A stretch of DNA of 63,021 bases, filler included, from Kipferlia bialata (taxonomy: Eukaryota): NCBI GenBank assembly GCA_003568945.1. It is 6 parts of 5 records of this genome, joined end to end, with 100 filler letters (N's around TTAATTAATTAA, not from the genome) between each part and the next. Parts side by side here need not be neighbours in the genome. Positions count along the whole stretch, not along the records: positions 27,937 to 39,347 come from BDIP01000463.1; positions 39,448 to 47,596 come from BDIP01000464.1; positions 47,697 to 55,783 come from BDIP01000464.1; 3 more parts are not named here. One strand, written 5' to 3'. Below are positions 33,801 to 47,793 of this stretch, one piece after another. Within the stretch, counting starts at the first letter, position 1. Each line of letters starts with the position of its first letter. The position numbers were made by a program, and so were the translations under genes. The notes below the pieces were generated by a model that made no database searches, had not been told where the DNA came from, and saw nothing but the letters and a program-made list of their open reading frames with translations.

Positions 33801-36800
33801 GGGTCAGGATGGTATTGATACACCAATACTATGTGGAGTGGACCCCTACCTCTTGATGACCCTCTCGAATGCAGTCATACCCAGCCTGTGGATGGCCAGA
33901 CAGAGGGCCAGCCTGATGAAGCATGCGATAGTGAGGAAGGACAGCTCATAGTGGAACGCACCGCCACTCTCATTCGTCAGGATGCTGTTGGTTGGATTGG
34001 GTATATATATGAGCATACCACAAGGGGACGAAGCCGAAGTGAAATGAGCACACCGAAAGAGATGGAAGCCACATGTAAGGGATATCAATGCATCCTACCT
34101 ACACGTGGCAGCCATCATGGCCACCACGGCCATGACCACCAGGAAGGCAGTGATGGGGAATATGCGAGTCTGTTGGTGAGAACAATGCAATTGGTAACGG
34201 TACCAACAATGCCACGCTCCCCACCTTGAGGCTTGAGATGTCCAGGAATACTGCAAAGAGGTTATGGCGCACTTTGGACTGTGGAATGTCCCTGTATATA
34301 AGCGGATAACGTAGGCAAATACAAGGTTACATAGTCCGGGATAGACAGAATATGCATATAACTGACACATGGGTAACGAGACTACCGACCCGATTAACCA
34401 ACGGCAAACCACGGCTACTCACCAGATACACTGGATCCCGGCCTTGAAGAGCAGTCTGAGTCCAGGGGGCTTCTGCTCCTTGGCTGCACTGTGGGATCCC
34501 CGCCTGTCTCTCTTCTGGGCCTTGCTGGAGTGCTGCCTGTGCATGGCTGCCAGTTGTCTGAGGGGGGTGCCTGGGGTTGGATACTATACTACAATATATT
34601 GGTTCAGGTTGCATCACCCCATCCCTACCTTCCCCTAGCGACCCCTGGAGTGACTGTAGGTCATCCACCAACAGACCGTCCAGGTAGAACACAGCCCTGG
34701 ACAGTGCCTCGTGGTTGGTGTCCACCTCCCTCAGTGTCATCATGGGGAAGTCAAGGTCGGTGCTTGTGAAGGAGGACTCTGTATGCTCCCTGGCTGTCTC
34801 TGGCACACTGACAGGGGGGGTGTCCTCCTTGGCTGGTGTCCCTGGTCTAGGGGTCATGATGGATGCTAAGAGAGACTGCAGGATGTGGTTCTTCTGCTCC
34901 CTGTTGGACAGTCTGGCTGATGACAGGCTAGGCCTACACTCCCCGGGGGCAGGGGGGAGGAGGCCTAGGGCAGGCACACACGAGGCAGTCTCGGAGGTCG
35001 GGTGCTTGGTGAGCTGGGAACCACCCCAGGGTCTATCACTCTCTGGCGAGTCCTCCTGGGAGTACCCACTGACACTGAGGGAGTCCTCTACCATGGCATC
35101 TGCCAGCTGGAATGTGGTGTCACCATGCTCAGGGGACACGGCACCTGGCACCCGGGGCTTGCTGAAGGGGTTCCAGGCCTTGCCTGACTCACTCTCACTC
35201 TCAGACTCTCCATCCGATGTCGATGAACTCTCACTCAGACTGAGGACACTAGGCCCGGCACTGGCCCCTGCCCCGCTGTGTCCTGAGACTGTGCCACACA
35301 CCTCGGAGTCAAGTACTGTGGCCAGACCCCCGTCCCCAGGCACCCTGTCCCTGCCTGCCCTAGCAAGGGGGTCGAAGGTGTGACTGCGTGACACTGGTAG
35401 CATATCTGGCTCTGCTACCCTAGCACTGTCACACCCTCTCTCAGCCTTCCAGGCCCCCCCGTGTACACATATGGTGCCGGGTAACACCTCAGGGGAACAT
35501 GCAGATGAACCTCTAGCACTGCTTCTGGCACTGCGCTGTGATGTGTAGGTCCCTCTAGAGTGGTAGTGGCTGAGCACACCTCTGGGGTAGACAGACACAG
35601 GCATTGACATCTGGGGGGACATGTTGCCACTCTTGTTGTTCAGGACACCTATGAAGGGGGCAGACTCGTGGGAGCTGGGTGGTCAGAATGGGGTGGACGT
35701 TCTGGGCGTGTACATATGGAGTCCTAGTGTTTCTACTGGTGTTTCTTACCTCGACACCGACTGCATGGTGCGTGAGATGGACTTGGCCAGACTCACGTTG
35801 GACGTGGAGTTCTCTCCTCCGTCAAACCTAGGGTAAGAGTAAGGTACGGCAGTGTGTAGATAACTAGAAATATAACTAGAAATAATGCTTGTCACAGATT
35901 GAACTGTGACAAGTACTCACTCACCTGGCCCTGATGACCTCCCAAGGTGCATGGAGGATGGAGTCTAGGGTGTTGACCTGGTGTCAGGCACTGAGTACAT
36001 GCATGTGTCACATACTAGCCCCACTCAAAGGCGCATACCCACCTGCTCCTCGCTGACTGTGGTTGTGTCTGTGGCTGTCTGCAGGTGCCCAGACTCTGTC
36101 TTTGTGGGTGCCTCTTGGGGTCTGGGGGTGTCATCATCCCTCAGAATGGCATCCAGGGCCGGCATGCAGGCACTGACGGTCAGGGGTATTCAGTGGAATT
36201 ATAATTGAGTGGTAAGGCAGACGTACAGTGATTCATGATAGTATGTAGTGCACACGTACCTCACTCCCTCCGGTGCCACTGTCACCTTCCTGATGGGGCA
36301 CATGCCCTTCCCCTTGAGGTACAGGGGTGATGTGGGGGATACCAGGAGAGGTAGACGGCACACACTGGAGGTGAGATGGGCAAGTCACAAAGATTCGAGT
36401 AGTAAGTGCTCTGATTCAGACTATCCCACCTTCTGTCGTGTGGTGCTGGCCGTCCCCCCCTCTGTGTCCACCTCCCACTGGGTATGCAGGCAGGGAATGC
36501 CACCTCGGCCACGGCCTCTGTCACCATGGCCTGCCAGGGCCTGGCCTTGTTCATGAGCCTGGGGGTGAGGGGGGGTATGCTACTGTTGTATACAACTGTA
36601 CCCTCATGTCCATGATCATCCTCCACTGACCTGGCCGCTGTGTTGACTGTGTCTCCAAACACGTCATACATCAGCTCCTGGGACCCCAGGACACCCCCAG
36701 TCACACTCCCACAGGCAATGCCAGCTCTGAGACTCTACAGTGAGTATGACAAGAAGCATGAGATACCAACTAGTATCGTGTAGAAACCCTACTCACCTCG

Positions 36801-39290
36801 ATGGTCCTGAGAGGGAACCCCTGTTTCCTACAGTAGGACACGGTGGCATTGGCCATCAGACAGAACTGGCACATGGCCTTGCAGTTGGCGGCCAGCTTCT
36901 CTTTGGCTCTCTCCCTAGCCGTGTCGCCACGCTCCTTGATCTCACTCTCCAGTCGCTCCCCACTCCTAACAATGAGGAACCCGTCTGCGCTCTTCACCTT
37001 CTCCACAGAGGGGGAGAAGGCTGCAATGACTCCGTCGATGGCCCCAAAGAGTAGTGCAATGTCCTGGGTGAGATTACTCCTCAGTAACATGCACTCCAAC
37101 ATGTGTTGATAGAACTACATCCTTAGGTACACATCCACCCACCCTGATATACTCCACAGCTGGTAGGTCTATCTCTGTGGTCACACCGACAAAGGCTATG
37201 ACGGCCATGGGATCAGTGCCTGGCAGTGAGGGTGAGACACTCTACAGTGGTAGACACTTACACCCATCGATACATACACCCCACCTATCATGCCTGGGGC
37301 ACCCTCCTCATGGGTGCGAGGGGTATCAAAGGGACATGTCTCACCGCCGTCACTGGGGGACCCCTCGTCCCCCTCCCTCTCTGTGTCGAGGGTACTCTGC
37401 AGTATCTCTGCTGCCACGGACACTGTGCCCTGCTTGCGGTGTCTACGGGGGTGGATGACATAGTCCCTGGTCCTCTTGGGAAGGGCAGAGGTGAAGATGC
37501 CCAGCGCTGTCTGAATGGCCCTGGTGTCACATGGAGAGACTATACCGAGTGCATTGTGACAATATGCTAGGAGATCTCGATACCCCACAACCATACCCGT
37601 GCATCTGTTCGGCTTGGGAGTCGAGCAGGTCCTCGGCCTGGAGTCAGACGATAGAACTCTAACAGAGAGACACCCCGTAGCAGTACACTTATAACTGGTC
37701 GTGCATACCTGTGCACTACTCAGCCACATGGCACTGACAATTGTGTACATGCCAATCATGACATAGATGGCAACAGCTGGCGGGGAGAGGATCATCTCGA
37801 CCACCACCCCAATGACGGAGTTCCAGGAGGTGATGGCCTGGTATAAGGAGTCGAATACGGAGTGGACTGGCCAGAGACTCTGTCACACTCATCAACGGAT
37901 AGACATATAGATAACATGTACCTCAGTCACGGGGTTGGTGGCATGTGTCACGGCCAGCAGGCCATAGTGCCACACAAGACAGAGATACATCTGGGGTGAG
38001 TGGGGGATAACAGGTGACATGACTCCTTGTATTCCAGTATTATGTATATATCTACGACCACTGAATACTGATTTCAGAGGTCCATACCGTCATGACCAGG
38101 ACTGGTATGTACACGGTGTGGAACCGCCGTCTCTTGTCGACAACTACAGCAGCTTCGATTGCTGCGATGGCCCTAGCAGTAGAGTTGCCCTGCCTCGACA
38201 GCTTGTCTTGTACAGTAACCGTCCTCTGCCGCTTCTCTTCTCTCACACGCACACGGAAGCGGCCTCCTGCTGCCTGGGGTTACAAAGAGAGAGACAAAAG
38301 ACGACCTAATTAGAGAGACAGTTGGTGAAGCGTAGTGTACATACCTCTGACAGGAATGCCATGAGTACAAAGGAGCAGCATGTCTCGGAGAAGAGGTACG
38401 TCTTGTATGATGCGGTGGCTGCCACCTTGCATAGGTATGCAATGCCCCAGTGGGTGATGACTAGGACAAGGGACATGACGCTGGGGTGAGTGCAGGTGGA
38501 CACATCACCATGACACAATTGTATGAGTATCATGTATCCTACACGATCTACCTGGTGAGGAACAAGGGTCTGCGTGACCGGAACCCCTTGATGAATGCGT
38601 TAGTGCTCTTGGCCGTATGCCCCCTCCGCATCTGACGGGTGCGGGGTGACCCCTGGTCTGGGTCTAGGGAGTGGGGGGTGGGGAGGTCAGGGACACGCAG
38701 AGAGAGCACGGTTGTGGCAGTGCCCTGCTTGCTGAGGGAGGGAGGGTCAGGGATGGGCTCTATAGGGGTGGTCTTGGGGTGCCGTCTGAAGATGCGGTGT
38801 CGGGTCTTGTCTTTCTTGGAGGGGGGCTTGGCATTGCCGGATGGCTTAGGGATGCCGTCTGCCTTGATGTGCATGAAGATGTAGACGTCTACAGCTATGG
38901 CAGTCACATCGGCCAGGGCCATGGCATAGTCGATCACTGGGAGTCAGAGGGGAGGGGAGGCATCAGGGGGAATCAAGGTAGACGGGCACACATATATAGG
39001 AAGAGAGGGAACCCAGAAGTCTCCAAGGAGACAAGTCTATCACACTATTCACTTGTATACCTGTGGGCGATACCCCATACATCCAGACGAGGCGGGCGAA
39101 GCCAAACAGGCGCATAGACAGGATCACGATTATGATGACAGCTATGGGTGAGAGGGTGAGGGGGGCGTCAGTGGTAGATGGAGTTATAGGCATGTACAGA
39201 TAATTAGACATACCATGGGCAAAACATGCAAACAGGCTGCCAGGTCGATCAAAGAATGGTGGGCGAACGTGCTTAGGCTCCTCTGAAGAC
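30830..39290 (-). CDS. Membrane class III nucleotidyl (adenylyl) cyclase with two catalytic domains and two transmembrane blocks, 5' truncated
   Basis: Domain A: VEKVKS, GVLGSQELMYDVFGDTVNTAAR, LKGKG. Domain B: KLDIARFT, FTAFDRLV, VKTVGDAY, IRCGVAMG. Hydrophobic exons at ~32850-34420 and ~37700-39150. Confidence 0.88.
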
Positions 39291-39347
39291 CTAGGGTGAG
39301 AGGGTGAGGGGGGGGGGGGAAGGGAGGGGGGGGGGGGGAGGACAGGG

Positions 39348-39447
39348 NNNNNNNNNNNNNNNNNNNNNNNNNNNNNNNNNNNNNNNNNNNNTTAATTAAT
39401 TAANNNNNNNNNNNNNNNNNNNNNNNNNNNNNNNNNNNNNNNNNNNN
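39348..39447. other. Artificial contig spacer
   Basis: N pad plus TTAATTAATTAA. Confidence 0.97.
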
Positions 39448-39449
39448 GT

Positions 39450-39554
39450 GAGTTCGCCTCCCTCCTTGAGGTCATCGAGGCCAACGTGGACTACACCACC
39501 ACTACCCGTAACTGGGGTGGACTCGAGAAGGGATCCAAGGCCGTCAAGGCCTAA
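39450..39554 (+). CDS. RPL7A: C-terminal fragment, probably 60S ribosomal protein L7a (eL8)
   Basis: EFASLLEVIEANVDYTTTTRNWGGLEKGSKAVKA* resembles the L7a C-terminal R-x-WGG...G-x-K region; strong C/G-ending codon bias. Confidence 0.5.
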   Translation, partial: EFASLLEVIEANVDYTTTTRNWGGLEKGSKAVKA

Positions 39555-40071
39555 GTGACCGCTGCCACTTGGTTTGATTGTGAATAGATTATTGTTCGCA
39601 GTTTTGTGTTGCAGAGTGAGTAATAGTGTTAGTGTGTTGGGGTGCTGGTCTGGTATGTATTCTGGTGAGTGTGTTCCACACTGTGTGTCTTGGTCGGGAA
39701 CTGGTTTTAGGTCAGGACTCAGACCGGGTCCCACAAAAACAGAGATACACGGAAACGTAAGTGTTGGAGAGTGTGTGTTTGGGGTGGGGGGGGGGGGGGG
39801 TTACACTATCTACCGAAAACCTGAACTGGCATCCGGTACAGACGCGGGATAAACCCTGTGTCTTGGGAGTTGAAGCGTGCATACACCAGTATATATACAA
39901 AAACACATTCCCAGCTATGAAGCATCAGGAGACGGTATCAAAGGATAACTGTTGCCGAACTACACTCACTATACGAGGGAATCCCTGGCCCTCAGTCAAA
40001 GAGATAACTAACAGTATTTATCAGTAAACAAGTCAACACAAAACAGAATAGCCGAGGGCTGGACCTGAGGC

Positions 40072-40622
40072 TTAAACAGGTGGCTTCACGACAAGAACAA
40101 CGTTGTCTCCGCGGAGGAACATCTTGCAGATGAACCTGGACTTGTTGACACCTGCCTGCTTGCGTGCCACTCCCTTGCCTCCCTTGGGGTACTGAGTCCA
40201 CATCTCCTTCACATTCTCAAGCACCATGTTAAAGTGCCTGTCAAAGGCCTTGACACGTGCAGCGATCTTGTGGTTGTTCCTGAGAGCAATGACAACTGGC
40301 TGGTTGGACACCACAGCCTCCTTGAGCAGGGACATGGGCCCATCAGCGATAATGGAGTCCTCAGAGACATTGTGCCTCTGGTCGTGACCCAGGTTGCTAG
40401 GGTCAGATAACACATACAAATCACACAAATCCACATCTAAGACATAACATATATGAACAAAGCCTCCCCACCATCAGCACAGAAGGAATTATGACAAAGA
40501 ACATGCCATGATGCTTCAAGGCGGTAGAAACCCCACCAAAACCACTACTAATGGAGGTATATGCTAACCAAAGACTCTCAAGGCTATAAATACACCACTT
40601 ACAAGTTGCTGCTGTGCTCCAT
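40072..40622 (-). CDS. SNRPD2: Small nuclear ribonucleoprotein Sm D2 (2 exons)
   Basis: GPMSLL...[29 protein letters not shown]...[16 protein letters not shown]; short first exon MEHSSN is phase-compatible. Confidence 0.93.
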
Positions 40623-40922
40623 TGCAGTATTCTCGAAGGAGAGAGGCGGAGTACACTTTTTGCGGTGTCATCTCATTGAACCCTTTTGTGCCCAGTTTCG
40701 CGAGTGACTCGGGTCACTGACTCGAGTTGAGTCAAGTATTAAGAATTCTAACTCTATGAGTCATCTCCAAGTCACAGCACGAATCCCATTAGTAATATTA
40801 AAAGAGTAGAATGATGCGATCAGAGCTCTCTATTAGTAGGACCACCCTGGTGACTTGATACCCCTTAAGCCAAGCCGACAGTCATAACCCCAGACCAGGA
40901 GGTGCGACACCTGTTAAGTAGG

Positions 40923-41188
40923 CTACTTCTTCCCTGTCCTCTTGACTGGCTTGTCACTGAAGGGCTCTGAGAACTTGGCTACTGCCTGGGGTATGAGGGG
41001 ACATACACATATTTATCTGTATTATATATAAAATATAGATGTACATACACGGATACCTTGTCCATCGCCTCATCCACGTCTTGTCCCGTGGCCCTGACCT
41101 GCTCTGTGGTGTCCTCTGGACCCACCCCGGTGGATCTGGGGGTGGGATGGAGAGTGAAATACTAGAGAGTATAATATATGAGTCTGTC

Positions 41189-41222
<34 letters not shown>

Positions 41223-43002
41223 CCTACACGAATACACACAGACCCACCTGCACTCTCTCAGTTTGGCCAGCTCGTGCAGTCCCCTGACGATGCGTCTGGT
41301 GGGTAAGTATACCAAGGGTATATATATATATATACTAATACCATGCAATGGCTACAATAAACCACATCCGAGCATCATAATTCAATATACCATGACACAC
41401 AATGCATTCTACATATACTAAAATACTATATACCTCTGCTCTGCCTCCACATCGAACATGAGCATAATTTCTATTATATACTAATATATATACAATATAC
41501 CACTCAATATATACTTATATACAATATACCTCTGCTCTGCCTCCACATCGAACATGAGTATAGGCACTATAGAATACAACACATACCACTATACAATGAT
41601 ACTTCTTTCTCTCTCTCTATATATACTATAACTGATACCTCTGCTCTGCCTCCACATCGAACATGAGTGTCTCGAGGGGGACAGGCTCAGGCAGGGGCCT
41701 GGCAGTAAGGTATATATACATATAATAAATCAAATAAATATAAATATCTCTCTTCATATGTATGTATTTGTATAATTATATATATATATATACACTCTCG
41801 AGGGGCACAGGCTCAGGGAGGGGCCTGGCAATCAGAAACAACAGGTACTTGGTATACTTGTACAAGGATACCAGCACCTGATATCTCCCCTGTGAGTTTC
41901 TCTATCTCTATATATATACACACTTAAAGGAATACAAATGTATAGTAAATATATACATAATGACCTCACCTTCCATCCCCCCAGATGAACGGCTGCTTGG
42001 TGTCTCTTCTCTAGGGGTCAGAACCGGTACATATGTGTATACATCTACATCAAACCTATACAGAGTAATCCATACCTTGCCCTGCTTTGTCACAGCAGGA
42101 ATTCTCAACACTTCTCTATATACTATATACACTATAATACAGTACCTTGCCCTGCTTTGTCACAGCTGGTGTGGTCATGAGCACATTGCCAATGTCGTAC
42201 AGACGCCTAGGGTCAGTGGTATATATATGTAAATATAGTAGAACACACGCGGTAGGTATATACACGAATATACACACCTGTGGTCCACCCCGCACTTGTC
42301 AAAGGTCAAGGGTCATATACACATAACACAAACTAGTACATTCACGATATATACTTAATTATACTAATTGAGTATACACCTGTGGTCCACCCCGCACTTG
42401 TTGTGGATGTCGCCAAGGGTCATATATACATAGCACAAACTAGTACACTCACGATATATACTAATTGTCTCTATACTTATACATATATGAGTATATACCT
42501 GTGGTCCACCCCGCACTTGTTGTGGATGTCGTCAAAGGTCATGGGGCCATTGACCTGGGGGGTAGAGAGAGTCATATATACATGTATATATATATATATA
42601 TATATACATAAGGTATTCTACTAAACATGTATATAGGTCATGGGGCCATTGACCTGGGGTGAACACGGCTATATAGATACACATACACACACACACACAC
42701 ATATATATATATACATTCCTTATATATACATATATATAAGGAATTCTACTATAATATGTATTAAAGACATGATCTGGGGTGAACACAGTCATAAAACAGT
42801 ATATATATATATATATATAAATATACCTGGGCTGAACGGCTACACATACATACATATGCAAATACAAGTTGATGTGTGACAGACAAGAATACTATATATA
42901 ATTGTCATAATAGTGATACTACCTGCATGAGTGCGATGATCCTCCTGGTCACTGCCTCCAGACCCTATATATACCGTATTTATACACTATATATATACAA
43001 AT

Positions 43003-43048
<46 letters not shown>

Positions 43049-43737
43049 GCATGAGTGCGATGATCCTCCTGGTCACTGCCTCCAGACCCTCACCCCGCCT
43101 CTTCTGCACAGCTGGGCATCAGTGTCAGTGTCATATATATATGAATACATTATGGGTCAAAAGGTATACACATACACTATATATATATATATACATATAC
43201 CATACACTCTCTACATGCACCATCTCTTCTGCACAGCTGGTGTCAGGGGATTCACGCTATATCCAAGAAGTATACATATACACTACACTAGCCCGAGACC
43301 AGCACACTTCTCTCTCTCCCTACCATGACCTTTTAGTATATATATATTAGTATACTATATGGCGACAGTACACAAGAGATGTGACACATACCCACTGGCT
43401 TCCTGACCACTGGGACCACACTGCCCGTGCCCCTCTTGGGGTGCCTCTTGGGGTGGGCTGACAGTGAGCATTATGCAATGCACACCCATATATGTTCAGA
43501 CTATCATATATATCTCAACAATCTATTATGTATCATGGGATGTATTGATGTACTGATATGACACTGGGATGCCTGAGAACAGAATACTCAATGGCCATAC
43601 TGGTGATTATTCACTAACTAAAGATATTAGATACAAACATCAGACACACTAATGACACGCACCCTTCTTGGCAGCGACTGGAGATGGACTGCCTGGGCTG
43701 CCTGGGATATGAGGGTGTATAGACAGACGCATACAGA

Positions 43738-43771
<34 letters not shown>

Positions 43772-43843
43772 AGGGCAAGGAAATATAGGCAGAGAGAGAG
43801 ACATAATGGCATAGTGTGTATTATAGCAGGGCAGAGAGAGTGA

Positions 43844-43890
<47 letters not shown>

Positions 43891-44912
43891 TACCAGGTAT
43901 GTAGGCAGGGTCTGCGCTGGACCGGCCCGTCCTCTCCACAGGTGTGACGACACTGGATATCAGTATCTATTGATATATACATACATATACATTGATATAC
44001 ATATATATATATACATGTATATGCTGGACCGGCCCGTCCTCTCCACAGGTGTGACGACACTGGATATGAGGGATATATATATATATATATATAATACATA
44101 CCATTATATAGTGCATAGAGACATATCCTCTCTATATATAGAGAGAGAGAGAGAGAGAGTTTACCTTGGTGCTTCCGGCTTGACAGAGAGGGGTATGTAT
44201 ATACACAATTAACTAACTATATATAAGTATATATATATATATACATATCCCTTCTCTACCTTGGTTCCTGCTTGACAAATCCCTTCTATAGATAGATAGA
44301 GAGAGAGAGAGAGTATACCTTGGTTCCTGCTTGACCAATGTGGGGTAAGGGGTATGGCAGGGAGTGGTATGTATATACACTATATATATATTATGCATAT
44401 ATACAGATCCCTTCTATATATACCATATACACTATACATATATTATGTATATATATATATATATCACCTTGGTTCCTGCTTGACCGATGCAGAGAGGGGT
44501 ATGGCGGGGAGGCCAGCCCCAGCCTGGGAGTGGGAGTGGGAGGGGGAGTCACTGTCACATATATATATTAATATATATATCTATATATACATATATATCA
44601 ATATGAAGTACCTTCTGACCTTCTGACTGGGAGTGGGAGGGGGAGTCACTGCCGGAGGAGGGGGGGAAGGGGGCTCGGATCTGAGTGTTAGATTAGTATC
44701 AGTATCGCATCATAGGTGTACTGATGGGGAAGGGGCTCGGATCTGAATGTAAGTACCCAACCAGACGACAACACAGAGTACAGTACAGAGATACACAGAC
44801 CCATGTATCTTCTTACCCCTGACCTGTATTGAAGGGCAGTCTCTCTTAGGAAATATAGCTATATATATGTATTACCCAATACCTTCTGACCCCTGGCCCT
44901 GCGCTTGCCCCC

Positions 44913-44947
<35 letters not shown>

Positions 44948-45370
44948 TGGTTAAATACATATATATATAGATACCTTCTGACCCCTGGCCCTGCGCTTGC
45001 CCCTCTCTGGCTCTGGTGATGCCCTGCCCTCAGAGGCAAGCTGGCCAGCATCTCCAAACATGCCCTGGGACTGGGAATGAGTATACTATATATATATATA
45101 TATGTACTAATATTCATATATATATAGAGAGAGAGAGAGAGTACATGAATAGACTGAGGCCCTGGGACTTGTGTGAGTATACCGGTAGAGAGAGAGAGAG
45201 AGAATAAATGTATTGATGCCCTGGGGAAAAGACAAACGCATCCACAGACAACAGATATCCTCTCTCTCTCTCCCTCTCTGTATATATATATTACATCAGA
45301 CCAGCCATATAGCAACATACCAACACACCTGTAGCCCCATATCTCCCCCCACCAGACTGTTGGACCCTGC

Positions 45371-45414
<44 letters not shown>

Positions 45415-46682
45415 TACTACTAGTATATACAAATTACCTGCAGCATATCTCCCCCCACTAGACTGTTGGACCCTGCCTCTGTGGTGGTGGCACCCCAGCC
45501 CCTCTTCTCCCTCATGCCCTCCCCTAGAGTGTCTAGTGCCCCAATCTCCACTGATGGGTACGTGTCCATGCCCTACAGGATGAGATATATGTATATATAT
45601 ATACATAGATATAGATATATAGAGGTGACTGGGGATGAGTAGAGAGAGAGAGAGAGAGAGGGAGAGGGAGAGAGAGAGAGATACCTGCAGATCCAGCACC
45701 CCATCGCCCCCGAGGGATATGGGCTCCAGCACCTCATCCACCTGATATAAGGGTCTAGAGAGAGAGAGATATTCAAGGGCATATACATATACATATATAT
45801 ATAGAGAGAGAGGGACAGAGAGACAGAGAGGGGGAGAGAGAGAGAGAGAGAGAAAGAGGGAGAGAGGGAGAGAGAGAGAGTATACCTGGGTGCCAAGCAC
45901 AGGCACTCCACCCCCACCGGTACATCACTCGGTAAATTCTCCTATCTATATAATTAACAAATCCTTCTATCTATATAGTTACTAATGAATACTCTTCACC
46001 TCACATACCTGGGCGCCAAGCACAGGCACTCCAGCCCCACTCTCTGTGCCAGAGGGAGAGAGAGAGAGACCAAGGCGGACAGGGGAGGCAGGCAGTGGCT
46101 GCATGATGCTGGGGGACCTGGGGGTAAAGGGGAATACATAATAGAATAGATAATAGATATCCATATATATATTGGCACCATATATATGGGCTGCATGATG
46201 CTGGGGGACCTGGGGGTAAGGGGAATACAATATATAATAGATACATATATATAGGAATAGATAATAGAAAATATATCCATATATTTATTGGCACCATATA
46301 TATGGGCTGCATGATGCTGGGGGACCTGGGGGTAAGTATACTAATATGTATATATAGGATTTGTATATATAGGTAGAGAGAGAGAGAGTATGCTGGTGGG
46401 TGCCATGATGCTGTGGGGCCTGGGGGTAAAGGGGTTAGATAATCCATATATATAGGACCCCGGATAGTAAGGAGGGACAATGCTGGATAGTAGGGTAGTA
46501 GGGTATGAACCACGTGACTATATATCCATGCAGATACGTGTATATACGTACGTGATGCCTGCCACGATACAGCCATCCCCCTCAGTGGATAGACTAGGTG
46601 TGTCCAGCACAGTGTGTTCTCTCTCTCTCTCTCCCACTAACGCCGGACTCGAATCGACTGAGCGCATCCCGCCCCTATCCAT
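40923..46682 (-). CDS. E2F/DP-family winged-helix transcription factor with long low-complexity N-terminus (start tentative)
   Basis: Spliced KRRGEGLEAVTRRIIALMQ|VNGPMTFDDIHNKCGVDHR|RLYDIGNVLMTTPAVTKQGK|..QPFIWG contains the RRxYDxxNVL signature. Confidence 0.75.
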
Positions 46683-47106
46683 TCATGTGGTTCTAGACGT
46701 GTGCCCCGTCACAGCCAGGCATCCTCATTACTATCTAGAGGCCATCCCTCACTACTACCCATGGGCCATATTGATGTCTTCCCTCGCATAGAGAAGTCCT
46801 CAGACCGGTACCGGTACCGATGACTGCTCCGAGTTTTTTTGAGGTACAAAGGGTGTAGTCCTGTCACTCCACCCTTTTGCTGAGTTCAAACAAAAACAGC
46901 ACAAGCAACTCGTCTAAATGGCCCCAACCTATCTACCCAGTGTGTCTAGTGTGCTGTGCTTTCTTTACCTGTGTAAGTCCCTTCAGTCCCGTTCTCCCCG
47001 TCTGGAGCACTCTGGGCTAGATCACTCAGGTCACACAGTGAGGGGTCCCACGTATCACCTACATATATCTGCAGGCTGCAGACCTAGATCCACTTGATAC
47101 TGGCTC

Positions 47107-47217
47107 ATGACGCTGGCCAAGATACAGGATCTGCTGCACCAGCTACCCTCTAGTCTGGAGGAGCTGTCCCATGTGCTCTCTGCGCTGCCCACATTCCATC
47201 TGTATGAGGCATTTCTG
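47107..47217 (+). CDS. Possible 5' exon of an unknown gene running off the contig
   Basis: MTLAKIQDLLHQLPSSLEELSHVLSALPTFHLYEAFL followed by a GT donor. Confidence 0.3.
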
Positions 47218-47596
47218 GTGGGTGGTGTATATTGTTCGATGTCATGTATTGATGGTGGGTGTGTGTGGGGGGGAAGGGGGGGGGGGTTAGCCAGGAGTTG
47301 ACAGTAGGAGTTGATATGTTCCCCTTGACAGTGCCTGTGTTTCAGTATGTCTCTCTCTCTCTCTCTCTCTCTCTATTGTCATTCAGTACCAGTATCCGTA
47401 CTGATGTCTACTACACTGTCAGTATCTATCACTCTTTATACTGCACCAGAGAGTGGCCGGTCGTATAATCCTCTATTGCACTCTCAGTATCTCTTCTGAA
47501 TACATTGTGCTCTACTGATACCACTTCTGATACTAGAGAGTGGCCGAGGTTGGTATCTATTCCCCCCCCCCCCCCCCCTCCTCTTTTTATAATTAT

Positions 47597-47696
47597 NNNN
47601 NNNNNNNNNNNNNNNNNNNNNNNNNNNNNNNNNNNNNNNNTTAATTAATTAANNNNNNNNNNNNNNNNNNNNNNNNNNNNNNNNNNNNNNNNNNNN
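47597..47696. other. Artificial contig spacer
   Basis: N pad plus TTAATTAATTAA. Confidence 0.97.
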
Positions 47697-47793
47697 TTTT
47701 ATAAAAAAATTTGACCCCTCCCCCCCCCCCCCCCCCCCCTCCCATTGTTCTCTCTATCTGTATCTATATCTCTCCTCCCTCTCTCACCTACAG

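Noticed and set aside
34715..35383. 222-aa plus-strand ORF
   Set aside because: Antisense shadow of a long GC-rich cyclase exon.
40399..40602. Possible snoRNA in the repeat-free SmD2 intron
   Set aside because: A CTGA is present on the minus strand but there is no convincing C box; a covariance search would be needed.
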